Position numbers and translations under genes: made by a program
Part shown: piece after piece, positions 36,738 through 45,749 of the stretch
Numbering within the stretch: position 1 is the first letter of the stretch
Layout of the letters: every line of letters starts with the position of its first letter
Virus record (IMG/VR): IMGVR_UViG_3300010373_000051
Span: 1 to 59,340 of that record
Source: a virus
Taxonomy: Duplodnaviria > Caudoviricetes
Strand: one strand, 5' to 3'
DNA length: 59,340 nt
Notes under the pieces: generated by a model
Told to the model about the DNA's origin: nothing
The model's input: the letters and a program-made list of their open reading frames with translations, nothing else
Database searches by the model: none

Positions 36738-37005
36738 ATGCCCCCTCGGGAATCTCCGCGATGATCCGGACAGGAACACCGTCGATCTTAGTGGGGTGGA
36801 ACACGACGTAGTGCCCTCGGGACACGCGCTTCCACTCGTTCAGAGCCTTGACGATCTGCTCCATCTCTGGAACGTCATACTCCCCGAGCCGGTAGTAAAT
36901 CTCTACCTTGTCGGTGTTGCCAGAGATGTGCGTCACACCATCAGGCAGGTTGTACCGCTCAAACACTTTTTCCGCGGTCTCTACGACCGTCTGATTATCA
37001 AACAC
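36727..37005 (-). CDS. Hypothetical protein
   Basis: Coupled ORF. Confidence 0.55.
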   Translation of the reverse strand: MFDNQTVVETAEKVFERYNLPDGVTHISGNTDKVEIYYRLGEYDVPEMEQIVKALNEWKRVSRGHYVVFHPTKIDGVPVRIIAEIPEGAYDA

Positions 37006-37213
37006 TTACTTCCTCCTTCGGGTTGAACTCCACTCCGCAGATGCACAAGCACCCTCCAGGGTGGTCAGTGACCTTCTTGCACAGGTGCGTTTTACCTTTG
37101 ACTTCGACCTCTGCAACGGTTGTCTTGCAACGGTAGGTCTTCCGTGGGACCGGGATACCGTCCTCGTAGACGCCCATATCACCAAGACCCCAGAACATAT
37201 GCGACTTATCCAT
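36998..37213 (-). CDS. Small Cys/His-rich protein
   Basis: HLC...H...CLCICG; promoter TTGCAA-N17-TATTGT upstream (37240-37268). Confidence 0.55.
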   Translation of the reverse strand: MDKSHMFWGLGDMGVYEDGIPVPRKTYRCKTTVAEVEVKGKTHLCKKVTDHPGGCLCICGVEFNPKEEVSV

Positions 37214-37287
37214 CTCTTACCCCTTTCGTTGTTAGGCAAACAATACCCGCTACCTTACGCATTTGCAAGATAGCGGGCGTTGCGTGA

Positions 37288-37902
37288 CTACTCCTCAATC
37301 ACCAGGCGCTTCAGGTCCCACTCCCTCTCCTTTAGGTAATCCACCACAGAGGTACCTAACCCTACCGTTTCTTTATAGTTCTCTGACCAATTCCTGGTTA
37401 CTTCACTGAGACGGAAAGTACGCACAAGGTGGACAGTCTCATTAGTCCCTGCAATCGTGTACAGGCCCGGCTCCGTGGGGAGAGAGTACGGACGCTTCAG
37501 TACCTCCACGTCCCACCTGTTGTAAGCGTAGTGCGTGTTGTCCTTGTCTCCCCCTGTCAAACGCAATCCCTGTGCGTCGGGCCGGGTGTAAAAGTCCCCG
37601 TCCTTACTCAGCCCGATCACGTAATCCGTAACCGTTCGCTCCGGCGCTCCCTTACGGGTGAGCTTCACGAAATCGCCGACCTTTACATCTACCACGTTAC
37701 TCTCCTCTGCTTGCTCCACCAGTTCAAACCTCCACGGATACCATCCTCCGGTTTTTCCGTCCTCCAAACTCAGGAAGGTCTCTCTCATGCTATAGCTGAC
37801 GCTTAGTACGGAGTATACCTGCCCCGGGGTAATACTTTCGTACCCCTGGTTGTCTCCTATGTCACGAACCCGAACCTGATCCCCCGCCTTGAACTCACTC
37901 AT
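37288..37902 (-). CDS. Hypothetical protein with two KOW/SH3-like modules
   Basis: FKAGDQVRV and DVKVGDFVKL; LPTEPG. Confidence 0.65.
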   Translation of the reverse strand: MSEFKAGDQVRVRDIGDNQGYESITPGQVYSVLSVSYSMRETFLSLEDGKTGGWYPWRFELVEQAEESNVVDVKVGDFVKLTRKGAPERTVTDYVIGLSKDGDFYTRPDAQGLRLTGGDKDNTHYAYNRWDVEVLKRPYSLPTEPGLYTIAGTNETVHLVRTFRLSEVTRNWSENYKETVGLGTSVVDYLKEREWDLKRLVIEE

Positions 37903-38263
37903 TCTCTGCCTCCTGTTTGACTCCCTCGTAAAGAACTTCGTACCCCTCGTTAGCCATGTACCAGCTAACCGCTCCCGGTAGGGACGTGGTTCTTGCCCCC
38001 GGCCTGTACCACTTACCCTCAATCAGAAGAAACGGCCACTTCTCTTTGTCCGTAGGGTGCCCCACCAACGCGTGCTCGCCAGTTGGCAGTGGCGGAACTA
38101 GGACCTCCAAGGTGTCCCACTCATTGGGGTAGTACACTGCTTTGTAAGAGTCCTCCGCAGTACGACCCCTCACATCTGCGACTGTGAAGGTGATCTCGTC
38201 CCCGTTCTTACGAGTCAGCTTGATACGGTCCCCGGCCTTTACGTCCGTGAAATCTACGCTCAA
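37895..38263 (-). CDS. Hypothetical protein, KOW/SH3-like
   Basis: DVKAGDRIKLTRK. Confidence 0.6.
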   Translation of the reverse strand: MSVDFTDVKAGDRIKLTRKNGDEITFTVADVRGRTAEDSYKAVYYPNEWDTLEVLVPPLPTGEHALVGHPTDKEKWPFLLIEGKWYRPGARTTSLPGAVSWYMANEGYEVLYEGVKQEAENE

Positions 38264-38637
38264 TTTACACCCTCCGGCTTCTCTTCTACAAACCAACCTT
38301 CTTTGATCTTTTGCTCTCCCCAACCCGTGGGCATCCATCCATGCTCTTCGAAGGTGTACACCAGCCAGGGTACAGAGTCCCGCTCCCAGAGCGGTAGGTA
38401 GACCGCGCGCTCTTCGGCGCTGTTAGGGTGACGAAGGACCATGCCCCAGCGAGGCTCAAACGGCGGCTCGGGGCGATGCAGGAGGTAGTGGGTGCCGTCA
38501 TGGAGTCTCCATGGGGCCCTCTCGTAGGATGCTAGGTACTCCACCGCAGCGACGTTGTATCCTCGTTTGGGACCGCCCAATTCCCATCGAATCAAGTCAC
38601 CCTTGCGAATGTCCGCGGGTTCAATTTTCTGCTTCAT
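38260..38637 (-). CDS. Hypothetical protein
   Basis: DIRKGDLIR; GGAGG RBS. Confidence 0.6.
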   Translation of the reverse strand: MKQKIEPADIRKGDLIRWELGGPKRGYNVAAVEYLASYERAPWRLHDGTHYLLHRPEPPFEPRWGMVLRHPNSAEERAVYLPLWERDSVPWLVYTFEEHGWMPTGWGEQKIKEGWFVEEKPEGVN

Positions 38638-38646
38638 GATTCCTCC

Positions 38647-38901
38647 TTAGTTCCAGTCAATCCGTACCGTTGATCCTGATGACTCTAGTTGACTCCGCAT
38701 ACGCCAAAGCGGGTTATCGTCAGGCGGGGCCAATCGGATATAGGCGGTACAGTTCTCGTACTCAGCCTTTACCACCTTGTGATTGGACCATCCGTTGTCG
38801 ATGATCCAGTGATCTTCGGTCTCTTCGAATGTCTCTACCGGGTCGATGACATACTGATGGTTACCCTGCTCATCCTTAAGGTAAAACTGTAGGGAACTCA
38901 T
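38647..38901 (-). CDS. Hypothetical protein
   Basis: Coupled ORF. Confidence 0.55.
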   Translation of the reverse strand: MSSLQFYLKDEQGNHQYVIDPVETFEETEDHWIIDNGWSNHKVVKAEYENCTAYIRLAPPDDNPLWRMRSQLESSGSTVRIDWN

Positions 38902-39470
38902 GCTCCCTCCGTAACTCCGAACGCAGCCACAATCTCCGCGCCCTTACTGAACAGGTCTTCCTGCGAATACCCGTAGGTATCTCGAAGCGGTACAACGTCC
39001 GTCTCGAACACGGGCCACATGAACGGCTTTCCGTCGCGCCATTTGATGGTCACCGGGATGCATAGGGTACCTCCGTCAGCACCCTGACCAACCTCCAGGT
39101 CGAAAGTTTCCCCGTCTACCGAGTAAACTCCGAGTCCCTTTGCCCGCTCCTCCTTGCGGTCCTCGCTGGTCTTGCGAACGGCAATGTTACCGCCGCCCAG
39201 CTCCACGTACCGGCGCATCGTAGCCGCTGTTCCATCCCCGATGATATCCACGAGTTCGGCGCGGGTTGCCCCCGCCTCTCGTAGCCGCACCAACTGGACC
39301 GCGAACGTTCGCTCTGCGATTTCAGAACGGCTCTCGATTTCAGCCTTGATCTTTGCTCGGTATTCCTCTCGGACCTGCGCGCGGATCGCCGCTTTGCGCT
39401 CCTGCATTTCCAGGTAAGCGTCTCGCAGCCCGTCCAACTCCACCGGGCTTACTGTTCCTTGTCGTGCCAT
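38898..39470 (-). CDS. Hypothetical protein, possible HTH
   Basis: GATRAELVDIIG...TMRRYV. Confidence 0.55.
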   Translation of the reverse strand: MARQGTVSPVELDGLRDAYLEMQERKAAIRAQVREEYRAKIKAEIESRSEIAERTFAVQLVRLREAGATRAELVDIIGDGTAATMRRYVELGGGNIAVRKTSEDRKEERAKGLGVYSVDGETFDLEVGQGADGGTLCIPVTIKWRDGKPFMWPVFETDVVPLRDTYGYSQEDLFSKGAEIVAAFGVTEGA

Positions 39471-39824
39471 TTACTTTGCTCCTAGCTTCTTTGGTGGGTA
39501 GTCTCCCGCGTGCTGCTCAATTTCTGCGTCGATTTCATGATGTACCGGTAACGAGTCTTTCGCGATCCGGTAGACATTTTCCGCGAGTTCTCGAATTGCG
39601 TCCGGTACTCTCGTCAGTTCGATATCGCTTCGGTGTTGCCAGTTCATCTTCACTGTTCGCACATGTGGAACCCGCTTGAACCACCGGAGTTTCGTACTGT
39701 TCTTCATAAGGTGAACTTCGATACCGGGGTATACGCCATACGACCCCGTTTAGTGACCGTTGACTACTCGCCAGAAGTACCCCGTGGGAAGCTCAGGCAA
39801 GCCGGTGTTTGGGTCAATCTTCAT
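39471..39824 (-). pseudogene. Stop-interrupted member of the PELPxGYFWRV family
   Basis: ATG 39824 (GGAGG RBS) reads MKIDPNTGLPELPTGYFWRVVNGH, meets TAA at 39750-39752, and the same frame continues into ORF 39471..39707. Confidence 0.7.
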
Positions 39825-39826
39825 CG

Positions 39827-40162
39827 TTACGCCTCCAGGTACTTCTTGTAGGCTTCTAGTGCTGCGCCCCAGGGATGCCCGATGTCCTGGAATCGCTGTG
39901 CTGCGTGCGCTGCCACCATTACACGCCCTGAAGCTCTCAGCCTGCCCAGTACGTCGCTGGCACCGTTGTGTTCCCAGCTCTCGTCATAAGGCACTCCGAG
40001 CTTATCGAGAGCCAGGCCGATCAGGCACGCGGGCTGACCGTCAACTTGGTACTTGCAATTAGGCCCGTCGTAATCTTCTTGGTAGCAGTAGCCCTCTCCG
40101 CGCTCTCGTACTGCCTCCTCCATCGCCCGGGTAAAGTTCTCTTCGGTAATCTCAATGGTCAT
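39827..40162 (-). CDS. Hypothetical phage protein
   Basis: AVRERG..Y..C.Y....PACLIG..AQRFQD.G.PWG motif. Confidence 0.65.
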   Translation of the reverse strand: MTIEITEENFTRAMEEAVRERGEGYCYQEDYDGPNCKYQVDGQPACLIGLALDKLGVPYDESWEHNGASDVLGRLRASGRVMVAAHAAQRFQDIGHPWGAALEAYKKYLEA

Positions 40163-40328
40163 TATCTCGCGCCTTCCTTGCTTCAAGTGCTTCCTTCACC
40201 AGTTTTGCAATCTCCTCTGTCTCGTGCGCAGAGTGGATAGTGTAGACACTCTTACCGCTATAAGAATCTACCTCTATCACTTGGTATCCGAGGTAGCGGC
40301 GGGGGTCATACAAGATTTCGTAGTTCAT
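40152..40328 (-). CDS. Hypothetical 58-aa protein (not in track)
   Basis: MNYEILYDPRRYLGYQV...; coupled at both ends. Confidence 0.55.
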   Translation of the reverse strand: MNYEILYDPRRYLGYQVIEVDSYSGKSVYTIHSAHETEEIAKLVKEALEARKARDNDH

Positions 40329-40516
40329 TTCTTCTCAAACTCTCGCTCTGATGCAGTCCAAATATGTTCGTCCTGGGTTTCGAACCGGTAAGAGATATAC
40401 GGCTCTCCGTGGAACACCTCTGGACGTACCTGAATGTTGACCTCCACGACGCGGCTAGTACCCCGGTCACCGAGGGATACTTCATCTCCGATATTGAACA
40501 TTGTCTTGATATCCAT
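40325..40516 (-). CDS. Small KOW/SH3-like protein
   Basis: IKTMFNIGDEV; paralog of 42325..42534. Confidence 0.6.
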   Translation of the reverse strand: MDIKTMFNIGDEVSLGDRGTSRVVEVNIQVRPEVFHGEPYISYRFETQDEHIWTASEREFEKK

Positions 40517-40518
40517 GC

Positions 40519-40962
40519 TTACTCCTCCTTGATCCCTGCCAGGATATTGTCAACTCGCTCCCGCATAACGTACCGAATCTCGTCTTTCACACGATCAAAC
40601 GGCATGTCCCGGATAGTCTGCGTAGCCCGGTCCCGGATCAGGTCACGCTTTTCCTGTACCAACTCCTCCACGATCTTTGTGGCCGGTGATGCGTCCTCCC
40701 AAGCGGTACGACTACGAAAGATTCCGTAGTTGCGCCCCTGGTTAATGTACTTGAATACCTGCTCACGAATCTTCTCGCGAACGGTGTCCTCTCCATCGGT
40801 TACGGCTTCATCTATTACCTGGAACACCGCGTAGTAGCTGATGTTACTGAGAATGCGGTCCACGCCTCCGGTTTTGTTCAGCTTCTCCCGGAGCGCATCA
40901 CGGAACATCTCTTCCGCAATCTCCGCTTTCTTTTCCTCACTCAGGTAGTCCTCTAGTTCCAT
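40519..40962 (-). CDS. Hypothetical protein
   Basis: AAGGAG RBS. Confidence 0.65.
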   Translation of the reverse strand: MELEDYLSEEKKAEIAEEMFRDALREKLNKTGGVDRILSNISYYAVFQVIDEAVTDGEDTVREKIREQVFKYINQGRNYGIFRSRTAWEDASPATKIVEELVQEKRDLIRDRATQTIRDMPFDRVKDEIRYVMRERVDNILAGIKEE

Positions 40963-41032
40963 TGTTCTCTCCTTCGTCTCAAGTTAGTAACGCAAGCCCA
41001 CCAACACCGGAGGGTGTTAGTAGGGAACGCCA

Positions 41033-41314
41033 CTACAGTTTATTCGGCGGGTAGCATCCGAGCAAGGACTCGACCCCCTCTTTGTTGCGGATTTCTGTGA
41101 GGATATCTTCTGCATAAGCCAGCAAGAACTCCTTAGTTACGTCCCTTTCCTTTATGGCCCGTACCCCCATCGTGTCGCCGGTAACCTTGTCCACAAGCTC
41201 CACGCGAACATACTCCTCAGGTTCGAACCGGTTTCTTAGACTTTCCGCCCGGCTCACGCGCCAAAACTGATCGTCTTTGGCCCTTGGGAATCCCGTGTTC
41301 GGGTCGATCATCAT
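41033..41314 (-). CDS. IDPNTG..FWRV family protein
   Basis: Paralog of 39471..39824. Confidence 0.6.
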   Translation of the reverse strand: MMIDPNTGFPRAKDDQFWRVSRAESLRNRFEPEEYVRVELVDKVTGDTMGVRAIKERDVTKEFLLAYAEDILTEIRNKEGVESLLGCYPPNKL

Positions 41315-41496
41315 CTCCTGCTCTCCTCCCTAATGAAATCCCCGAGGTGTCGGTGCAATTCGATAGCCTCTACGATATTCAACTGCTCAATGTGTAGTTT
41401 GTTGCCGCGGTAGAACGCTATCATTACCCCTGCTTCCCCGTAATCTCGGTACTTATACGGCTTGCGTACTACTCGTGTTGTTGTCATTCCCCCCAC
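41311..41496 (-). CDS. Hypothetical protein
   Basis: Coupled ORF. Confidence 0.5.
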   Translation of the reverse strand: MGGMTTTRVVRKPYKYRDYGEAGVMIAFYRGNKLHIEQLNIVEAIELHRHLGDFIREESRR

Positions 41497-42023
41497 TCCC
41501 TCTGCTCTGCTTCAAGTTCTTCAACGCCCTCCGGGAAGTTGATCGCGATCCACTCCCGCTCTCCCGCACTAGCAAGTTGCAGGTACGGTTTAACGTAATC
41601 GTGCCACAGGCTGGAGTCGCTGTTGTGCTCTTCCATGCTCAATATTTCCGCGACTCCGAGAACCTGCTCGCCGCCCTGAGTAAGGACGAACGGGTAATTT
41701 GTCACGTCCCCGTACTGGTTCGTGATGATTCCGTAGGTGGTGAGATGGTCCAGGTACTTCTCTGCCAGCTCCTTGTAGAACTCCACCAACCTCGTCAGCG
41801 TGTCCACGTACTGCTGCGCCTCGCCGTAATTGTTGCGCTGGAAGCCCCCGGTGGCCTCCTTCTGCACCAGGTAGTAATCATCCGTTATCGGCAAGTTGGG
41901 CGAGCTTGTGAACGCACTCAACATAATCATGAGCCGGTCCCGGTCGGTGCCGTTCTTCCAGCGCTCTACGTCCTGCTGGGTCTGATCCCCTTGCGTGTAA
42001 ATCTTCGGTAGTTTGTTCGTCAT
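41484..42023 (-). CDS. Hypothetical protein
   Basis: Coupled ORF. Confidence 0.6.
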   Translation of the reverse strand: MTNKLPKIYTQGDQTQQDVERWKNGTDRDRLMIMLSAFTSSPNLPITDDYYLVQKEATGGFQRNNYGEAQQYVDTLTRLVEFYKELAEKYLDHLTTYGIITNQYGDVTNYPFVLTQGGEQVLGVAEILSMEEHNSDSSLWHDYVKPYLQLASAGEREWIAINFPEGVEELEAEQREWGE

Positions 42024-42328
42024 TTCTTTATCTCTCCCGTTGTCTCTGCGTGCCACTGCCTGCCGCGCTCGGTCCAGTACTCAGTGCGCGGGGCTCGGTC
42101 AATCGAGTTTTCTTGATTTCCCCAGCACGGGTCATTCATGAGTTCATCCCACGGCCCCCGCCTACGCTCCGGCCACGCCACATGCTCACAGTGTCGCAGA
42201 ATCCAGGGTGTGGGGTCGGTATGCCCGCTCCAGGGGTAAGCTTCTCCCCCGCACCGCTTGCACGTCTCAAATAGCTCTTGGCCCGGGTGGCATTGTGCTT
42301 CACACTCCTCGTTGCTGAGTTTGCTCAT
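42020..42328 (-). CDS. Cys-rich hypothetical protein
   Basis: CKRC motif; coupled ORF. Confidence 0.55.
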   Translation of the reverse strand: MSKLSNEECEAQCHPGQELFETCKRCGGEAYPWSGHTDPTPWILRHCEHVAWPERRRGPWDELMNDPCWGNQENSIDRAPRTEYWTERGRQWHAETTGEIKK

Positions 42329-42534
42329 GACTGGGCCTCTACCTGTTCCTCGTGAGCCCAAATCCCCACGTTCATGGGCGCGCCGCTTGGGGAGTCGATA
42401 CGGTATTCGATCTCCACCCCCGCCTCTACGCCTTCCCGTGCAGAGGATGCCCAAAATGAGATATCTGTGACGGGTCCCGTGTGTCCCTTGATGGTCACCA
42501 TGTCGCCGATCTTGAACTTTGTCTCGATCTTCAT
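42325..42534 (-). CDS. Small KOW/SH3-like protein
   Basis: IETKFKIGDMV; AAGGAG RBS. Confidence 0.6.
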   Translation of the reverse strand: MKIETKFKIGDMVTIKGHTGPVTDISFWASSAREGVEAGVEIEYRIDSPSGAPMNVGIWAHEEQVEAQS

Positions 42535-42550
42535 TTCTTGCTCCTTCGCT

Positions 42551-42883
42551 CTAAGCCGGGTAGCTTTCGATACGTCCGTCCTTGTAATGAATATATGCCC
42601 CCGGCTCCCCTCCCTGCCACTTAACAATGGCGCGGTATTTTGCAACGGGGTCGCCGTAGATCATGGGAACCTCGTTACCTTCTTCACTAGCCCACTTCTC
42701 ACCCCAGCGAGAGCCGCAGCACTGGCAATCATCTTCATCATCAAAGTACACCCCAATCTGTTCGGCCTTCTCGTTCGCCTCACTGGCGCTGTCCGCTTCG
42801 ATAATCACATGACGGGACAGACCCGCTTCTGCATCAAACTCGAAAACCCCGCCCGAGTTGTTCTGGTCATAGGTGTAAAACAT
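42551..42883 (-). CDS. Conserved phage protein (QNNSGG...CxCCGxRW)
   Basis: Recognisable widespread phage motif. Confidence 0.7.
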   Translation of the reverse strand: MFYTYDQNNSGGVFEFDAEAGLSRHVIIEADSASEANEKAEQIGVYFDDEDDCQCCGSRWGEKWASEEGNEVPMIYGDPVAKYRAIVKWQGGEPGAYIHYKDGRIESYPA

Positions 42884-42896
42884 GTTCTTCCCTATC

Positions 42897-43088
42897 TCAG
42901 TCCTTGTACCCGGCCACAACGAACGTACCTGATCCTGTCGGCTCTCCTGTCATGCCGTTAGGGGTGAACCCGTACTTCCCGAACTCAGCACCGATCCTCA
43001 ACAAAAGGAATTCGCTGGAAGCCCCTTGCCCTGCCCGGGTTTGGTTAGCGGTCACCGTCATGAATCGCCCTTCAATCTCGATCTTCAT
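42897..43088 (-). CDS. Hypothetical protein
   Basis: GGAGG RBS. Confidence 0.5.
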   Translation of the reverse strand: MKIEIEGRFMTVTANQTRAGQGASSEFLLLRIGAEFGKYGFTPNGMTGEPTGSGTFVVAGYKD

Positions 43089-43100
43089 GTTCTTTCCTCC

Positions 43101-43523
43101 CTAGTACCGCAAGTAAAACGTTGACCCGAGAATTTCAACCTTAATGAAGTCAATCTTCAGGCTCTCTGCGGAGGTTTCCCAGTTGATGTGCTCTAGCGGC
43201 CACCCAGCCTCAGGATCATTGGTTCCTACGTCTACGGCCAGCTCTTTCATGTACTCTGTCGCGAAGTGCTCCGCAAAGCCGACCACGCCGCAATTCTTGT
43301 CCGTCCGTACGTCAGAGTAGGCACTGGGCGGAAAGTGCTCTGTAAGCTCGTCCAGGATCGTCCAGAGCACCAAACGCTCTAGGCGCAGGTGAGCAACCGC
43401 ATACCCGTTGCAACTGTCCATCTCCTTGTCGATCCGGCGTTTGATGTTTTCCATGCGTTCGATCACGTCCCGGCTATCGAAGTACTCCAGGTTTGCGATC
43501 CGCCTGTAGTCAAAGCGAGTCAT
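43101..43523 (-). CDS. Possible ArdA-like antirestriction protein
   Basis: DSRDVI...EYMKELA.D.G...WP..HINWE..A..L..DF..VE..G..FY pattern; early region. Confidence 0.45.
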   Translation of the reverse strand: MTRFDYRRIANLEYFDSRDVIERMENIKRRIDKEMDSCNGYAVAHLRLERLVLWTILDELTEHFPPSAYSDVRTDKNCGVVGFAEHFATEYMKELAVDVGTNDPEAGWPLEHINWETSAESLKIDFIKVEILGSTFYLRY

Positions 43524-43756
43524 TTTGCTGCCGCCGTAACCTCAGAAAGAAAGTTAGGATCAACACTGAACACCAGCGGGATTACCTCTCCGTAATATCC
43601 GATTGCAATCACATCTTTGTCCTGTCCGTTGTCGTTCCACACACCCGGGGTGGCGATCATGAACGTTCCGCCCGGCGTAAAGTACGTCTTTGAGAATTCC
43701 GATTCATGCGCTTCCCGGTTGCGGATTGCGTTTTCAAGTGCGGCTGAAATTGCCAT
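43520..43756 (-). CDS. Hypothetical protein
   Basis: Coupled ORF. Confidence 0.55.
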   Translation of the reverse strand: MAISAALENAIRNREAHESEFSKTYFTPGGTFMIATPGVWNDNGQDKDVIAIGYYGEVIPLVFSVDPNFLSEVTAAAK

Positions 43757-43758
43757 TT

Positions 43759-44040
43759 CTAGTTTCCAATCATCTGGTAGCTACCACGCTTAATTTCATA
43801 CGCTGTCATGGCCTCATTAATGGCCTGGTCAACTTCCCGGTAGTTATCTCCGTTCCGAGGAGTGGGGCATGTTACGCGAACCTTATCGCCGTCGTTGTAC
43901 GTGGTCAACATGTATCCGTCACCCTTGGGAAGTTCGATACCTTCCGCCTCAAACGTGTGCATGAACGGCCCTGACCAAACAAGAATTCGGGACCTCTTTC
44001 CGGTCCACTCGTAATCAGTTGCGACTCCGTAGGTAGTCAT
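43759..44040 (-). CDS. Hypothetical protein
   Basis: AAGGAG RBS. Confidence 0.6.
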   Translation of the reverse strand: MTTYGVATDYEWTGKRSRILVWSGPFMHTFEAEGIELPKGDGYMLTTYNDGDKVRVTCPTPRNGDNYREVDQAINEAMTAYEIKRGSYQMIGN

Positions 44041-44322
44041 TTGGTTTCTCCTTAGTAATGGTTTTTGATGCCGTCCCCCTTACTTTAGCGGGAAACGGCG
44101 ATGAAAGAGTAATATTTAAAGCCTAATAAGTCATTACATTGCTCTTTTCAGATCCGCATGATTCCGCGGGAGTTGAAAAGTGTAATGAATGGATTTCCGC
44201 GATTTCGGTATTACTCTTGTTTGCCCGAAACGGCTGTTTTTGGTCCGATCCGGTAGTTGGGGCTATTTTCGCCGAATCCAGATCGTTGAAAACATGCGGA
44301 TTAGAGCTGAGAGCCAGGTCTC

Positions 44323-44387
44323 TATATGTATAAGAATAAAGTAATAAAGTATATATATTATTTACTTGTATATATTGTACATATACA
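44323..44387. other. Strongly AT-rich non-coding patch (candidate origin)
   Basis: TATATGTATAAGAATAAAGTAATAAAGTATATATATTATTTACTTGTATATATTGTACATATAC in a GC-rich genome. Confidence 0.5.
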
Positions 44388-44404
44388 GGAGTGCGTGTTG
44401 CGGC

Positions 44405-44557
44405 TCAGACCTCCCCAAGCACCCACCGAAGAATCTTGATAGAGGTAGTGAGGGAGCGAGTGAACTCTGGGATTAGAATGTCCTCGTAACTTGAGGCCCA
44501 TTCTTGAGCAATCTCAAGCGACCTCAGTTGGTCCCGAATTTCGTCTTCGGTCCTCAC
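44405..44557 (-). CDS. 50-aa protein, tandem paralog B (not in track)
   Basis: MRTEDEIRDQL...ILRWVLGEV. Confidence 0.6.
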   Translation of the reverse strand: MRTEDEIRDQLRSLEIAQEWASSYEDILIPEFTRSLTTSIKILRWVLGEV

Positions 44558-44721
44558 AGTGCATCGTCCTCGTCATACATTCCGAGAACCCACTCAGCGA
44601 ATCCGATTCGACTTGACATGGTGGCGATCATCACCTTGTCGCTAGGCCGGTTGCGGAGCGCCCACTGGTGAGCCTCTTGCAGGTCTTTCAACACACTCTT
44701 GATTTCTTCTTCAGTCTTCAC
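44554..44721 (-). CDS. 55-aa protein, tandem paralog A (not in track)
   Basis: MKTEEEIKSVL...FAEWVLG. Confidence 0.6.
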   Translation of the reverse strand: MKTEEEIKSVLKDLQEAHQWALRNRPSDKVMIATMSSRIGFAEWVLGMYDEDDAL

Positions 44722-44843
44722 TGTGTGGCCTCTCGTTTGAACTTGCGAATCTCTTTCCGCCGGAGGGTTTCGATCTTGGCGGCGTAAGTGTCTTTGTGTG
44801 TGGTGCGTGTCGGCTTCTTTGCCGGGGCGGTCTTGGTGTTCAT
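44718..44843 (-). CDS. Small basic protein (not in track)
   Basis: MNTKTAPAKKPTR...; coupled to the next gene. Confidence 0.5.
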   Translation of the reverse strand: MNTKTAPAKKPTRTTHKDTYAAKIETLRRKEIRKFKREATQ

Positions 44844-45050
44844 TACTGAACCTTCCTAGTCATCGAAACATAAGCCTCGGTATTGACCAAATCTACAATT
44901 GCATCAAGGTGCGCCTGATCCGCAATGTTCTCGATTGTCAGGGTGAACGTGTGCATGGTCTCTCTTTCCGGGTCGGATTCACTGTAAGCCGATTTGACGG
45001 CCTAAAAAGCTTGGGGTGTCCCCTGATACCAGGGAAGGGGTGAAAGTGCG

Positions 45051-45332
45051 TCAAATCTCACTAGGTAAGTTAGTGAGGGCACTGTTAGGCAGTGAGCGGG
45101 GGTGAGGCTTAGAGCTTCGCCAACTTCCGTTGATAAGTTTCAGCGGCCAGCCCTTAGGGTGTTCCATCTCTTCAGGCCGCTTACACACTGTGATGCCGTC
45201 CCTAGTGATTTGGTGAGCATCGAACAGGGTGACACCCTCAAATGTCTCGTGACAACCTGCACAGTGCCCTGTGCGATTGCCGCGTTGCCGCCAGGTCTTA
45301 CCGCAAGCGCCGTGGGAAGTGTTGTGATCCAA
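45051..45332 (-). CDS. FDxH zinc-binding phage protein
   Basis: CGKTW...GHCAGCHETF...FDAH...C. Confidence 0.7.
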   Translation of the reverse strand: MDHNTSHGACGKTWRQRGNRTGHCAGCHETFEGVTLFDAHQITRDGITVCKRPEEMEHPKGWPLKLINGSWRSSKPHPRSLPNSALTNLPSEI

Positions 45333-45548
45333 AGTGATTCCTTTCAGAGTGTTACAAGGAGTACGGCACCTAGGAACGCTGCCGATACCAGAGCGATCTC
45401 GATAAGCTTTGCAAAGTTGCCGCGAGGGGGGAGTGAGGCAGGTTCGATATCCCCTGCGAGTTCCCATACTTCAGTGTGATCGGTCATCAGTAGTTCCTTT
45501 CATAGAGTGCGCCGCCAATGAGGATAAGCGCTGTGAGTGCGAGAGCGG

Positions 45549-45740
45549 CTAAGACCACTTGAGAAACACGCCGTAGTAGTCTGTGAAGCTCGACCCTGCG
45601 CCGTTACCTGTGGTCTGCGCATCCCAGGTGCAAGCTGTTCCGTCCTCTGTCTCACAGGGGTTTACGAACGGGAACAGGGTAAGCATTGTGAGGATTGCGA
45701 TTGCGGCTGAGGTAGCGCGCCAGTCAATCTTGATGTTCAT
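45549..45740 (-). CDS. Membrane-anchored small protein
   Basis: Hydrophobic N-terminus; PCETED..CTWDA...GNG.G.SF motif. Confidence 0.65.
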   Translation of the reverse strand: MNIKIDWRATSAAIAILTMLTLFPFVNPCETEDGTACTWDAQTTGNGAGSSFTDYYGVFLKWS

Positions 45741-45749
45741 GTTGTTTCC

